A DNA stretch of 64,000 bases from Ardenticatenaceae bacterium (GCA_020634455.1 JACKBQ010000002.1:856606-920605); one strand, 5' to 3'. Positions 9,396 through 20,833 are shown, counted from the first letter of the stretch. The notes: a model not told the origin generated them from the sequence alone. Translations and numbers: made by a program.

Positions 9396-11624
9396 TTACC
9401 AGCGCTGCCGGTGCGCTTCGATGACGTTGGGCAGTGATTCCAGCTTTTGCAGCAGCCAGTTAAGCTGCTCCAAGCTCTTTACTTCCACGATGAGCGAAAT
9501 GGTCATGATGTTGCCCACAGAGGTGCTTTTGGTTTTGGGGGTGTTGATGCGCTGCCCACGCAGGATGGCGACGATCTCTTCAATGATGTTGGGGCGGCGG
9601 TATGCTTTGAGCACGATGGGGATGGGGTAAACGGCCGTATCATCCCCCCAATCTACATCAATGAGCCGCTCAGGTTCTGTGGTGTTAATCACTTCCTTGC
9701 AGTCACTGCGGTGAATGGTGACACCTTGCCCGCGGGTGATGAAGCCTGTGATCGGTTCTGGGGGAATAGGCTGGCAGCATTTGGCCATGCGGGTGTGCAA
9801 TCCGGTCACCCCGGTGATGGTGAGCCCCTGTTTTTTGGTAGGTTGTTGGAGGAGCAACGGCCGTAATTCATCATCCGGGTGAAGATTTTTCTCCATCAGG
9901 GCAATCGCCCCGCTAATTTGGCGGCTTTGAATGTCGCCAAAGCCTACCTTGGCCAGGAACTGTTCCTCATCGGTAAATTTTAGCGACTGGGCAATGTCGG
10001 AGACGGTGTAGGTGTCGCCCAGGCCCAGACGGCGCAGCTCTCGTTCCACCACTTCGCGCCCTTGCAGGATGTTTTGCTCGCGTTCTTGGTTGCGGAACCA
10101 TTGGCGGATTTTGCTGCGGGTGCGGGTGCTGCCCGTGTAGCCCAGGCTGCCATTCATCCAGTCGCGGCTAGGTCCGCCCCGGTTGGTGGTTAAAATTGAG
10201 ACGCGCTCGCCAGATTTAAGCAGATAATCCAGGCTGACCATCTTGCCGTCTACCCGTGCGCCCCGGCAGCGGTGGCCGACTTCGGTGTGTATGGCGTAGG
10301 CAAAGTCAATGGGCGTGGAGCCAGCGGGCAAATCAATCACATCCCCCTTGGGGGTAAACACGTAAATGCGCTCGCCCAGGAGTTCGTTTTCCAGTAAGGT
10401 GTTGTCGTCATCTTCGTGGCTGTCTTCTTGCAGGCTGGCGAGCAGCTCGCGCAGGTTGTCTATGCGCTTTTTGACCGAACTGGCGACTTTGCCACCTTCT
10501 TCTTTGTAGGTCCAGTGGGCGGCGACCCCTTTTTCGGCTTCATCGTGCATGCGGCGGGTGCGGATTTGCACCTCCAGGTTTTCGCCGGTTTTGGTGTCAA
10601 TTACGGCCGTATGCAACGATTGATACCCGTTGGACTTGGGCGCGGCTATGTAATCGTCAAATTCGCGGGGGATGGGTTGCCACAGGCTATGCACCAAACC
10701 GAGTACCTGATAACACAAATAGCGGTCTTCTTCCTCCTTCTCTTTGGTACTTTTTTTAGCGTAGGCGTCTTTATCTTTTGGCTCCAAAATGACGCGCAGG
10801 GCCTGGATGTCAAAAATGTTGTCGAAATCGAGCTGCTTGCGCACCATTTTGCGGTAAATGGAGTAGATATGTTTAGAACGGCCGCTTACCGACCCGATGA
10901 GTCCATTTTCCCGAATGATTCTTTCTAGCCTGTCTACAGCCAGATCAATGTTTTCCATACGTTCGGCGCGGCGGGCAGCAAGCTGGCTGGCAATTTCTTT
11001 GTACTTTTCTGGCTGCAAATAGCGGAAGGCTAAATCTTCCAGCTCCCACTTAAGCTGCCAGATACCCAGCCGATTGGCCAACGGCGCATAGATGTTCATC
11101 GCTTCGTGGGCTACCAGGTAGCGCTGTTCTGGCGGCAGGTTGCTGGCTTTGCGCAAATCTTGCAGGCAGTCTGCCAGGCGAATGAGGATGACGCGAATAT
11201 CTCCTTCGATGATAGCGAGCACGGCGCGGCGGACGCCTTCCAGCGTTTTGCGATCTGCTTCCGGGTCGCGGTGGCGCTGGTACTGCTCTTCGCTGGCGTA
11301 GGCGTAGAGCTGTTCTAGCCCTTTGATCAGCGAGGCTGGCTCCTCGCCAAAATACTTTTTGATGGTTTCAAAGGTTTGGCCAGTGTGGGGCAGTAGACTG
11401 TCGTGCAGCATACTGGCAATGAGGGTGGGTGGGTCTACACCTAGCTGGCTCATGGTGTGGGTAACGGCCAGATCGTGCTCGATGTACAATTCGCCGGAAT
11501 CACGCTGACGGCCGTTATGAATCTGGTTGGCGAACTCATAAGCGCGTTTGACTTCTTGTGCGGAACGGCCGTTAGGTAAATGGTTTAGCAGCTCGTTGAT
11601 GGTAACGATTGAAAGTTGGGTCAT
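9396..11624 (-). CDS. relA: long RelA/SpoT-homologue (p)ppGpp synthetase (hydrolase motif degenerate)
   Basis: 742 aa. HD-domain region (LHDSLLPHT), synthetase motifs GRSKHIYSIYRKM and EVQIRTRRMHDEAEKGVAAHWTYK, TGS (VFTPKGDVIDLPAGSTPIDFAYAIH) and a C-terminal ACT-like domain. Confidence 0.92.
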   Translation of the reverse strand: MTQLSIVTINELLNHLPNGRSAQEVKRAYEFANQIHNGRQRDSGELYIEHDLAVTHTMSQLGVDPPTLIASMLHDSLLPHTGQTFETIKKYFGEEPASLIKGLEQLYAYASEEQYQRHRDPEADRKTLEGVRRAVLAIIEGDIRVILIRLADCLQDLRKASNLPPEQRYLVAHEAMNIYAPLANRLGIWQLKWELEDLAFRYLQPEKYKEIASQLAARRAERMENIDLAVDRLERIIRENGLIGSVSGRSKHIYSIYRKMVRKQLDFDNIFDIQALRVILEPKDKDAYAKKSTKEKEEEDRYLCYQVLGLVHSLWQPIPREFDDYIAAPKSNGYQSLHTAVIDTKTGENLEVQIRTRRMHDEAEKGVAAHWTYKEEGGKVASSVKKRIDNLRELLASLQEDSHEDDDNTLLENELLGERIYVFTPKGDVIDLPAGSTPIDFAYAIHTEVGHRCRGARVDGKMVSLDYLLKSGERVSILTTNRGGPSRDWMNGSLGYTGSTRTRSKIRQWFRNQEREQNILQGREVVERELRRLGLGDTYTVSDIAQSLKFTDEEQFLAKVGFGDIQSRQISGAIALMEKNLHPDDELRPLLLQQPTKKQGLTITGVTGLHTRMAKCCQPIPPEPITGFITRGQGVTIHRSDCKEVINTTEPERLIDVDWGDDTAVYPIPIVLKAYRRPNIIEEIVAILRGQRINTPKTKSTSVGNIMTISLIVEVKSLEQLNWLLQKLESLPNVIEAHRQRW

Positions 11625-11659
11625 AGTTGGTTGGGTAAAACCATTTTGTGTTTAAGTGC

Positions 11660-11690
11660 AAAAAGGCGTCTCCGGTGGGGGAAGACGCCT
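11660..11690 (-). terminator. rho-independent terminator after the ytxH-like gene
   Basis: The minus strand reads AGGCGTCTTCCCCCACCGGAGACGCC followed by TTTTT. GGCGTCT/AGACGCC stem at 11665-11671 and 11683-11689. Confidence 0.7.
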
Positions 11691-11813
11691 GCTTGCTTTT
11701 GGTTCGCAACAGTTGTTGCCAGAGCCAAAACGATATGCGATTACAGACTCGATTGTTTCGCGAGTGTAAAGGATTAGGGGTTGTGTCAGAGGAACCGTTG
11801 TCAGAACGGCCGT

Positions 11814-12188
11814 TTACACATCACTCCCATTAGCGTCGGTCTTGTCGCCACGGTTGGTTAGCTGCGATGCTTGTTCTTTACCCTTATCCAGCACAATCCG
11901 CGCCTGTTCTTGCACACGTCCCCCAACGTCCATCACTTGTTGGCGCGTGCTGCTAAGGGCGGAACCTGCCTTGTCCAGATAATCCTGGCTGTAGGTGCCG
12001 GCGGTGTCGCGTACTTGCTGCATCCGCGCACTGCCGGACTGAATAAACTCATTGCTTTTATTGGCAATTTGGCTGCGGGTTTCTTCACCCGACTGGGGTG
12101 CCAAAATAATGGCTGTGGCCGCGCCAACGAGGCCGCCAATGACAAATCCTGCTAAAAATGCACCAAGATCATTTGAATTATCGCTCAT
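11814..12188 (-). CDS. YtxH domain-containing protein
   Basis: N-terminal GAFLAGFVIGGLVGAATAIILAPQSGEETR, then a helical Gln/Ala/Ser-rich remainder typical of the YtxH family. Confidence 0.8.
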   Translation of the reverse strand: MSDNSNDLGAFLAGFVIGGLVGAATAIILAPQSGEETRSQIANKSNEFIQSGSARMQQVRDTAGTYSQDYLDKAGSALSSTRQQVMDVGGRVQEQARIVLDKGKEQASQLTNRGDKTDANGSDV

Positions 12189-12284
12189 AATTTTCTCCCA
12201 TAAATTTTTGCCACAGAGTACACAGAGATTATTGAGTTTGTTCTGCTTCGACTCGGAATTGGGCGGTTGTGGCTTTATTTGAGT

Positions 12285-12818
12285 CTAGCGTGGAATATTG
12301 TTTCGCGGGTTGCCAAACAGCGATTTTAACGCCTGACGAATACCAGCGACATGCACTCTGGCTTCGGTGACCGGTTTGACCACGTTTTTGCTAACAAAAG
12401 TAGTCGTACCGCGAATGGTTCCAACGGTTTCGTTTGTTTTTTCCAAAATTGGTTTAATTTCAAATTCCAGCATGTTGACGAGGCGGATAATCATGAGCAG
12501 CATGAAAAGCAGCACCACGCCAAACAGGCAAGATTCCAGGGCAAGGGCAATGAGCAATACATCGCGCACCGCTTCGATGGCGGCAGCCTGGGTTCTGGCC
12601 AGCCAAATGATGCCCCACACGGATCCGCCAAGTAGAGCCACCACCAAAATGACAGCCAGGGCGATGTAAATAGGTTTTACGGAGATCAGTTTCTTCTGGT
12701 CTGGCGTTGTGCCAGTTGTGTTTACCACATTACTGTCCACTGGTGGATGTTTTGCTCCTGTTTCAAAGTTTGATGGAATTACAAGCGGAAGTATAGCATT
12801 AAAGCGTAGTGGCTTCAA
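12285..12818 (-). CDS. hypothetical membrane protein (DUF948-like arrangement)
   Basis: TTG start. Two TM helices, then a helical tail (LEFEIKPILEKTNETVGTIRGTTTFVSKNVVKPV). Next to a YtxH gene, as DUF948 genes often are. Confidence 0.5.
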   Translation of the reverse strand: MKPLRFNAILPLVIPSNFETGAKHPPVDSNVVNTTGTTPDQKKLISVKPIYIALAVILVVALLGGSVWGIIWLARTQAAAIEAVRDVLLIALALESCLFGVVLLFMLLMIIRLVNMLEFEIKPILEKTNETVGTIRGTTTFVSKNVVKPVTEARVHVAGIRQALKSLFGNPRNNIPR

Positions 12819-12870
12819 AGTAGTGGTTTGTTTTTGCTACAGAGTACACAGAGGTTTTTGAGGGAGTGGT

Positions 12871-13146
12871 TTATTCGCGAACGGCCGTATCACCAGCCAG
12901 CCACCAGCTCAAAATCAGCGCCACCCAGGAACCCACGCTGGCGCTAAAAAGTTGCAATGCGCCCAGCCGCAGCCAGTTGAGGTTGATCAGGTCGCCCACA
13001 AAATGGCCAATGGCAAAACCAATCCAGGCGGCCACCAGATAAATGATGATGCGCCGCGCCGGGCCACCCACCAAAAAATGAAACCCCGCGCCGTACGCCG
13101 TCGCCAGCAAAAAACCGAGAATGAGTCCAGAAGCAGCTACGGTCAT
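12871..13146 (-). CDS. small hypothetical membrane protein
   Basis: 91 aa with three predicted hydrophobic helices. ATGA start/stop overlap with mnmA suggests translational coupling. Confidence 0.55.
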   Translation of the reverse strand: MTVAASGLILGFLLATAYGAGFHFLVGGPARRIIIYLVAAWIGFAIGHFVGDLINLNWLRLGALQLFSASVGSWVALILSWWLAGDTAVRE

Positions 13147-14300
13147 GAAAGCACCTGAATATTGGCCAGTTTGAGGGTGGTCATTTCGAGAGGTACCCCG
13201 TCAGCAATAATACCGCCGCCCAGGCACACATCGCCGTCGTAAAAGACGGCCCCTTGCCCTGCCGTGACGCCAAAAACGGGTTCATGGAAAGTGACCAGGG
13301 AACGGCCGTTACCCAAATCCACCACCTCGCCAGGAATGGCCTGCGCCTTGTAGCGAATTTTAATTTGGGCGGGGATGGGTCGTTGTGGCGGACGGCCGTT
13401 CAGCCAGTTTACGTCGCGGGCAATCAGCGTTTGCTGTCCCAATTCCGACTTTGGCCCGACGATGAGGGCGTTGCGGGCCACGTCCTTGCGCAGCACAAAC
13501 AGCGGTTCGCTGGCGGAGATACCCAGCCCTTTGCGCTGGCCAATCGTGTAAAACGGCAGCCCTTCGTGCTGGCCCAGCGTTTCGCCGCCGCTGGTGAGGA
13601 TGGGACCGGGCTGGCTGGCCTTTTGGCTATATTCGTTTAAAAAGCGGCGGTAGTCGCCGTCGCCCAAAAAGCACAAATCCTGGCTTTCGCTTTTGCTGGC
13701 GACGGGCAGGCCAAACTTTTTGGCCAGTTCGCGCACTTCCGGCTTGGTGTAGCCACCAATGGGGAAGAGCACTTTGCCTAATTTTTCCTGATCTAACACG
13801 TGCAGGACGTAGGATTGGTCCTTGTTGGGGTCTAGACCTTTGCGCAGCTGGTAGCCGTCTGGCGTGTGGACCACCTGGGCGTAATGGCCTGTTGCCAGGT
13901 AGTCGGCGTCCAGGGCGAGGGCGCGTTCCAACAGGTGGGTAAAGCGGATTTGGCGGTTGCATTCGATGCAGGGGTTGGGGGTACGGCCGTATGCATGCTC
14001 ATCAATAAAAAATTGCACAATCGTCTGCCGAAAATGGTCTTGCACGTCCACCACATAGAACGGGATGCCTAGCAAGCCCGCCACGCGCCGCGCATCGGCC
14101 ATTTGGTCTGGGGTGCAGCAGCGATTGGCGGGGGAACGGCCGTCGCAGGACGGTTCACTCCACAGGCGCATCATCATCCCGATGACCTCGTACCCTTGCT
14201 CCACCAGCAGCGCCGCCGCCACGGAGCTGTCCACCCCGCCGCTCATCGCCACCACCACACGTTTTTTGGTTACAGATTCATTATTCACAAAATCCATCAT
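13143..14300 (-). CDS. mnmA: tRNA 2-thiouridine(34) synthase
   Basis: PP-loop VVVAMSGGVDSSVAAALL, conserved Cys regions (RCCTPDQ, NPCIECNR), family-typical length. Confidence 0.93.
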   Translation of the reverse strand: MMDFVNNESVTKKRVVVAMSGGVDSSVAAALLVEQGYEVIGMMMRLWSEPSCDGRSPANRCCTPDQMADARRVAGLLGIPFYVVDVQDHFRQTIVQFFIDEHAYGRTPNPCIECNRQIRFTHLLERALALDADYLATGHYAQVVHTPDGYQLRKGLDPNKDQSYVLHVLDQEKLGKVLFPIGGYTKPEVRELAKKFGLPVASKSESQDLCFLGDGDYRRFLNEYSQKASQPGPILTSGGETLGQHEGLPFYTIGQRKGLGISASEPLFVLRKDVARNALIVGPKSELGQQTLIARDVNWLNGRPPQRPIPAQIKIRYKAQAIPGEVVDLGNGRSLVTFHEPVFGVTAGQGAVFYDGDVCLGGGIIADGVPLEMTTLKLANIQVLS

Positions 14301-14315
14301 ACCAGAAAGTGAAAT

Positions 14316-15038
14316 TTATGGGAGTCTTGCCTTAAACTCATTAATCAGAAAAACAGATTCAGGTTGCGTGTTTGCATCTGGGATGTGTGCCCCAATCCAA
14401 ACGACATAGATCAGCATTTCATTGCCAGGGTCAACTTCATCTTCCAGAAATGGAATGAGTGCTTCCTGGATTGGCAACCAATATTCTGCATCAGCTTCAA
14501 CAACCAAGATTTCATGTTGAAACGCTTCCTGGAAGTAAGATCGCAAATCTTCAGATAATGAGCCTGTCCAATTTTGGATCAGAAATTGCTTAACCGGGTC
14601 AATTTCTCTAATTTCGCCGCTGTAAATAACCTCGATAGTAGACGGGTGTTGATAATCGGGTGAGATTTCAATGTAAAGTGTTGGATAGTGATCGGTAACG
14701 AGAAGCTCATGATTCAGTACAATGATGTTTGCCAGTGTATTGGGCGTATATCGGTCCCAGGTGTTTGGTTCAGGTGTTGCTGTGGGTTTAGGCGTGCTGG
14801 TTGGCTTGGGCGACGGTGTTGCTGTTGGCGTAGCGGTGGCCGTCGGTGTAAAGGTTGGCGTGTTTGTGGGTGTGCTGGTTGGGGTGTTTGTTGCCGTTGC
14901 GGTTGCGGTTTCAGTGGGTAAGGGTGTGTAGGTAGCGGTTGCGGTGGGGGGAAGTACGGCCGTTTCCTCTAAAGCTCCAGCACAGGCAGGTACAACCAGC
15001 AAAACGACAGCCAATAACCCCCAAAAGGGCATTCTCAT
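14316..15038 (-). CDS. hypothetical secreted protein with long Thr/Pro/Ala linker
   Basis: Signal peptide MRMPFWGLLAVVLLVVPACAG, an approximately 65-aa TATATYTPLPTETATATATNTPTSTPTNTPTFTPT... linker, and an uncharacterised ~140-aa C-terminal domain. Confidence 0.65.
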   Translation of the reverse strand: MRMPFWGLLAVVLLVVPACAGALEETAVLPPTATATYTPLPTETATATATNTPTSTPTNTPTFTPTATATPTATPSPKPTSTPKPTATPEPNTWDRYTPNTLANIIVLNHELLVTDHYPTLYIEISPDYQHPSTIEVIYSGEIREIDPVKQFLIQNWTGSLSEDLRSYFQEAFQHEILVVEADAEYWLPIQEALIPFLEDEVDPGNEMLIYVVWIGAHIPDANTQPESVFLINEFKARLP

Positions 15039-15212
15039 AGCTTTGACTCCTCATTAAGACACGAAAAGATAAATCCGCAAAGGGAAAGTTAAAAATGCCT
15101 TTAATAGAGCTTTTCTATTTTTCATTTGTGGATACAGAATTATAGCTTCTGTTTGGGAAAAGTAGTCAAACTTCGCGGACTCTTTCTACGCTGGCGGACA
15201 AATGTTGCCCGC

Positions 15213-15884
15213 TTACTTCCAGGCAAAATAGGGCTGGTCGAAGTGGGCGACGCGGGTTGGTTTGCCCAGGAGGCACACCTCGCGGAATTGGTAGAGGATG
15301 GCAGCGGTGGGGGCGGCAATCCAGCTTTGGCCAATGGGCATCAGCAGGACGGGGTGTTTGCTTTCGGGGATGCTTTTGAGGATGGGCGCATCGCTGCGCA
15401 GCAGCTCCGCCAGGGGAATGCGGTGGATCGATTGCACTTCGGCAGGATTGGGTTGCAGCTTGTTTACGCGACCACCCCACACTACTACCGGTTTAATGGT
15501 GAAGCCGGAGCGTGTGGTGTAATCATCCAAACGGCCGATTACTCCCTCTATCCCCATTTCCAAACCCACTTCTTCCGCCATCTCGCGCAGAGCAGTTTCT
15601 TCTGGCGTTTCGCCCGCCTCGATGCGGCCACCGGGTAAAGCCCACTGTCCAGCATGTTTTTTGAGTTTCAGCGAGCGGCGGGTGATAAGAACGGCCGCAT
15701 CTTCCTCACGACCCGCTTCAAACGGAATCTCATACACAGTCGGTTTGTGGGCCATGTGGACGATGGTGATGGCCACCGCCGCCGCCCGTTTGTCTGCTTG
15801 TGTTTTGCCGGATTGAAATGGAAACTGCTGCAAATTTGCCGCAACCGTTTGGCGCAGCGCGTCGTTGCATTGGAAATGGCTCAT
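15213..15884 (-). CDS. Nudix hydrolase, CoA-pyrophosphatase-like
   Basis: Complete Nudix box GRIEAGETPEETALREMAEEVGL, preceded by the LITRRSLKLKKHAGQWALPGG signature seen in CoA pyrophosphatases. Confidence 0.85.
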   Translation of the reverse strand: MSHFQCNDALRQTVAANLQQFPFQSGKTQADKRAAAVAITIVHMAHKPTVYEIPFEAGREEDAAVLITRRSLKLKKHAGQWALPGGRIEAGETPEETALREMAEEVGLEMGIEGVIGRLDDYTTRSGFTIKPVVVWGGRVNKLQPNPAEVQSIHRIPLAELLRSDAPILKSIPESKHPVLLMPIGQSWIAAPTAAILYQFREVCLLGKPTRVAHFDQPYFAWK

Positions 15885-15887
15885 GGG

Positions 15888-17072
15888 CTAATTGGCAGGG
15901 AAGAAAAGCTGGCTAACTTTGCGCACTTTTTCAATGATGGTGGGCATCGCCTGGATGACGCGCTCGATGTGCGCTGGGGTGTTTTGGCTGCCGACGGTGA
16001 AGCGCAGCCCGCCTGTGGTCCAGGCTGGGCCAAGGCCAATTGTTTCCAAAATGGCCGATGGCTTGGGATTGCCCGTTTTGCAGGCGGAGCCGCTGCTGGC
16101 GCTGATGCCCACCATGTCCAGATGCATCAGCAAATCGTTGCCGCTGAGGTTTTTGAGAGCAAAGCTGGCGTGGTGGGGCAGCCGCTCGGTGGGGTGGCCG
16201 GTGAGGACGATCTCGTCAGTGGGGACGGCGGCCATGACGCCTGCGATGAGCTGATCCCGGAGGGTGGTGTAGTGGGCTACGTGTGCTTCAAGATTGTCTT
16301 GGGCTAGTTTGAAAGCCTCGGCCGCACCCACGGCAAAAGCGACGTTGACCGTGCCGGAGCGACGGCCGTCTTCCTGCCCACCGCCCGTTAACGCCGAAAC
16401 CAGCTCAACCCCGTCCCGCACGTACAACATCCCGACGCCCTTGGGGCCGTAAAATTTATGCGGCGCAAAGCTGATCAGGTCAATGGGCATGGTTTGCATG
16501 TCCCAACGGGTGGTGGCCGCCGCTTGCACCGCGTCTGTGTGGAACAAAATGTCGTGTTGGCGAGCCAATGCGCCAATTTCTTGGATGGGCTGCATGGTGC
16601 CGATTTCGTTGTTGGCGGCCATGATGGAGATGAGGGCGGTATCCGGGCGGATGGCGGCGGCGACGTTGTCTACGGAAACACGGCCGTATGCATCCACCCC
16701 CAAAATTGTGACGTCAAAATTGAACTGATCGCGCAGCTGAACGGCCGTTTCAATCACTGCCTCGTGCTCAGTGGCGCTGGTGATCAGGTGATTACCCGTG
16801 CCATTTTTGCGTGCCGCCCACATCACGCCGCGCACGGCTAGATTATCGCTTTCCGACCCACAGCCGGTGAACACAATCTCTTTGGCTTGGGCGTTCATCA
16901 ATTGGGCGATGGTGAGGCGGGCTTCATCCAGGGCAAATCCGGCGGAACGGCCGTGCGCGTGCGACGACGACGGATTGCCGTAATGATCCGTCCAAAATGG
17001 CACCATTTTTTCAATAATTTGGGGGTTTACCGGCGTGGAAGCGCCATGATCGAGGTAAATGTGTGTTGACAT
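15888..17072 (-). CDS. cysteine desulfurase (NifS/IscS class V aminotransferase)
   Basis: PLP-lysine motif SFAPHKFYGPKG and catalytic loop SSGSACKTG. 394 aa. Confidence 0.92.
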   Translation of the reverse strand: MSTHIYLDHGASTPVNPQIIEKMVPFWTDHYGNPSSSHAHGRSAGFALDEARLTIAQLMNAQAKEIVFTGCGSESDNLAVRGVMWAARKNGTGNHLITSATEHEAVIETAVQLRDQFNFDVTILGVDAYGRVSVDNVAAAIRPDTALISIMAANNEIGTMQPIQEIGALARQHDILFHTDAVQAAATTRWDMQTMPIDLISFAPHKFYGPKGVGMLYVRDGVELVSALTGGGQEDGRRSGTVNVAFAVGAAEAFKLAQDNLEAHVAHYTTLRDQLIAGVMAAVPTDEIVLTGHPTERLPHHASFALKNLSGNDLLMHLDMVGISASSGSACKTGNPKPSAILETIGLGPAWTTGGLRFTVGSQNTPAHIERVIQAMPTIIEKVRKVSQLFFPAN

Positions 17073-17125
17073 AATTCGTAATTGGTAATTGGGTAATTAC
17101 ACAGTTACGAATTACCGAATTACTT
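17073..17125. repeat. GTAATTN heptad-word hairpin between the histidine kinase stop and the desulfurase start
   Basis: TAATTCGTAATTGGTAATTGGGTAATTACACAGTTACGAATTACCGAATTAC. AATTCGTAA pairs with TTACGAATT. The arms show 7-nt periodicity. Confidence 0.65.
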
Positions 17126-19211
17126 AAATTTCAGCAGCAGGTAGCTTCACTGTGAATGTTGTACCTTTGCCCGCCGTGCTTTTGACATCAATGGAGCCAT
17201 TATAATTCTCGACGGCGACTTTGACCATGTAGAGGCCCAGCCCGGTACCGGCGATGCCGCGCTCAACGGCCGTTTGCGCCCGAAAGAAGCGACCAAACAA
17301 ATTGGGCAGCGCCTGCTTGGGAATACCAATCCCATCATCTTTAACTTGCACCACAACCTGTCCATTTTCAGCGTACGCCTCTACCCGCACCGTGCCGGAC
17401 AAGGTGAACTTCACAGCATTGTCAATCAGGTTTTTGAAGATGAGATGGTACGTTTCCTGGTTGCCCAGCACGGGTGGCATCTCTGAGGCGATGCGCTGGC
17501 GGAAGGTGAGACCTTTTTCTGTTGCCCGGTCGGCCAACGGGGGCAAAATTTCGTCAAAGAGATCGTTTAAGCTAACAAAGTCGTTGCTGCGCTGGAATTC
17601 GCTGGCTTCCATCTTGACCACTTCCAGCATCTGGCGCACCATTTTTTGCAGCCGGTCACTTTCCCGCTCGATGACACCCAAGAAGCGGTCGGCTTTCTCT
17701 TTTTGCTGCGCCTTCCCTTCGCGTAGCAAGCGAGCGTACATAAGTATTGTAGCCAACGGCGTGCGCAGTTCGTGAATGATGCCGTGGAAAAAGTCGTCGC
17801 GCAACCGCTCCACTTCTCGAATCTGGCTTAAATCGCTAAACACAAAAATCATTTCGGTGACGTTGCCATTTTCGTCGCGAATCGGTGCGCCGCTGAGCAG
17901 GATGGGTACGCTGCCACCGCCATTCTGGCTCATATCGGTGGCCAGCTGTGGATAATCATCCGTGGCGTGCAGGATGCGCTCCATAAATTCGTTCAGGCTG
18001 CCGTTGGTGAGGCGGATCATGTCGTTGGATTTTTGGCCTAGCAGCGAGGGTAGGTCGCGGTAAAGCAAGCTGAGCAGGGAGTCGTTGGCGTGGGTGATGA
18101 GGCCGTCGGCGTCTACGGTCATCATGCCTTCAGACATGTTGGCAAAGATGGTTTCGATGCGGCGCTTTTCGGCGAGAACGGCCGTATGCAAACTTGCATT
18201 CTCAATGGCCGCCGCCAACGGCCCGCCAATAGCTTGCAGCAGGCGCAAATCATTCTCGTTAAAATCCCCGTTTTGTTTGTTGATTGCCTGCAAAATGCCA
18301 ATCACCCGGTCTTCAATTTGCAGCGGGATGCAGATCATGTTGTGGGTTTGGAAGCCCGATTGACGATCCACACGAGAGTAAAACCGTTTGTCGGAATACA
18401 CATCGTTGATAATGGCAGCTTGCCGATTTTCAGAGACCCAACCGGCAATGCCTTGCCCTTTTTTCAGGCGAATGGTGGGCAAATCCTTGAACAGATCGCC
18501 CATCAGCATATCCACAAAAATGATGTCGCCGGAGGGTTGCTCGATGAGACCGACAGAGACCGAGCCGACGTTGAGGGTGCGGCGCACGGGTTCCATGAGC
18601 TGGCGATAAATGTTTTGCAGGCTCAGCGTAGAGGTGAGTGCGTAGCTAATCTCGGAAACGACGGCAAATTCAATGTCTTGCCGATCCACCGTTTGGCGCA
18701 AGTAGGCGCGATCCAGGGCGGTGGTGACGTGCGTGGCCAGCGCGGCCAAATGTTTTTGGTCGGTCAGGGGATGGCCGTCTTCTGGGTCAATGAGGCACAA
18801 AATGCCGGGTGGTGTGACGGGGGCATAGCGGCCTGGTGCTGGCAGCGGCACGGCCATGATGCGATCACGTGGCAGCTGCCACAGCTCGCTGCGAATGAGT
18901 TCGGCCGGAGGCTGGCGGAATTTTTCTTGCATGGCGGGTTTGCCCGCCGCCAAAAAGCTGGCAAAGGAGGCGTGTTCTTTATTCCATCGGGTTTGTTGGA
19001 TACGGCCGTCCTTGTCACATATCCATACATCAAAATATTTATTTTGTGGGTCGCTGACGCCGACAACGGTGGTGGTTTGCGCGAATACGGCCGTTTCGTT
19101 AGCAACCACCGCGCACACCCCGTGGGCGTCAAAAATATTTAGCAGTTCTTCAGCCAGCTTTTGCCACAGGCTGTGAATCTGATTGGAATCAATGGATAAC
19201 GTGTCGCTCAT
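17124..19211 (-). CDS. sensor histidine kinase with GAF and PAS-like input domains
   Basis: H-box HELRTPLATI, N-box LIDNAVKFT, G-boxes DDGIGI and GTGLGL. Long cytoplasmic N-terminal GAF/PAS-like region with no TM segment evident. Confidence 0.9.
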   Translation of the reverse strand: MSDTLSIDSNQIHSLWQKLAEELLNIFDAHGVCAVVANETAVFAQTTTVVGVSDPQNKYFDVWICDKDGRIQQTRWNKEHASFASFLAAGKPAMQEKFRQPPAELIRSELWQLPRDRIMAVPLPAPGRYAPVTPPGILCLIDPEDGHPLTDQKHLAALATHVTTALDRAYLRQTVDRQDIEFAVVSEISYALTSTLSLQNIYRQLMEPVRRTLNVGSVSVGLIEQPSGDIIFVDMLMGDLFKDLPTIRLKKGQGIAGWVSENRQAAIINDVYSDKRFYSRVDRQSGFQTHNMICIPLQIEDRVIGILQAINKQNGDFNENDLRLLQAIGGPLAAAIENASLHTAVLAEKRRIETIFANMSEGMMTVDADGLITHANDSLLSLLYRDLPSLLGQKSNDMIRLTNGSLNEFMERILHATDDYPQLATDMSQNGGGSVPILLSGAPIRDENGNVTEMIFVFSDLSQIREVERLRDDFFHGIIHELRTPLATILMYARLLREGKAQQKEKADRFLGVIERESDRLQKMVRQMLEVVKMEASEFQRSNDFVSLNDLFDEILPPLADRATEKGLTFRQRIASEMPPVLGNQETYHLIFKNLIDNAVKFTLSGTVRVEAYAENGQVVVQVKDDGIGIPKQALPNLFGRFFRAQTAVERGIAGTGLGLYMVKVAVENYNGSIDVKSTAGKGTTFTVKLPAAEI

Positions 19212-19489
19212 GCGTGCCTATTTGGGATGATTCATGAAAGAAAAAAGCTGTTGTATCATATTTTGAAATTTATAACCGGGGGAAACTTTCTTGGCAAGGG
19301 GACATTGGGCACAATCCTGGCGATTTTTAACTTTTCCTTGTGACATTTGGCTAAAATATCCCGGTAAATTGTGTTTGCCCGAACCTGATAGCTTCTGTAT
19401 AGTTTTCCTGATGTCGAATTACCTGAATTTGACAGTGCCAACAGATTTTAATTGGCTGTTGGCTACCTGAAAACCCACTGTACCTGTAA

Positions 19490-20830
<1,341 letters not shown>

Positions 20831-20833
20831 GTA

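Noticed and set aside
13143-17072. mnmA - secreted protein - Nudix - cysteine desulfurase as a novel system.
   Set aside because: Linkage of a NifS/IscS-type desulfurase with MnmA is an established sulfur-relay pairing for tRNA thiolation. The other genes look incidental, so this is ordinary.
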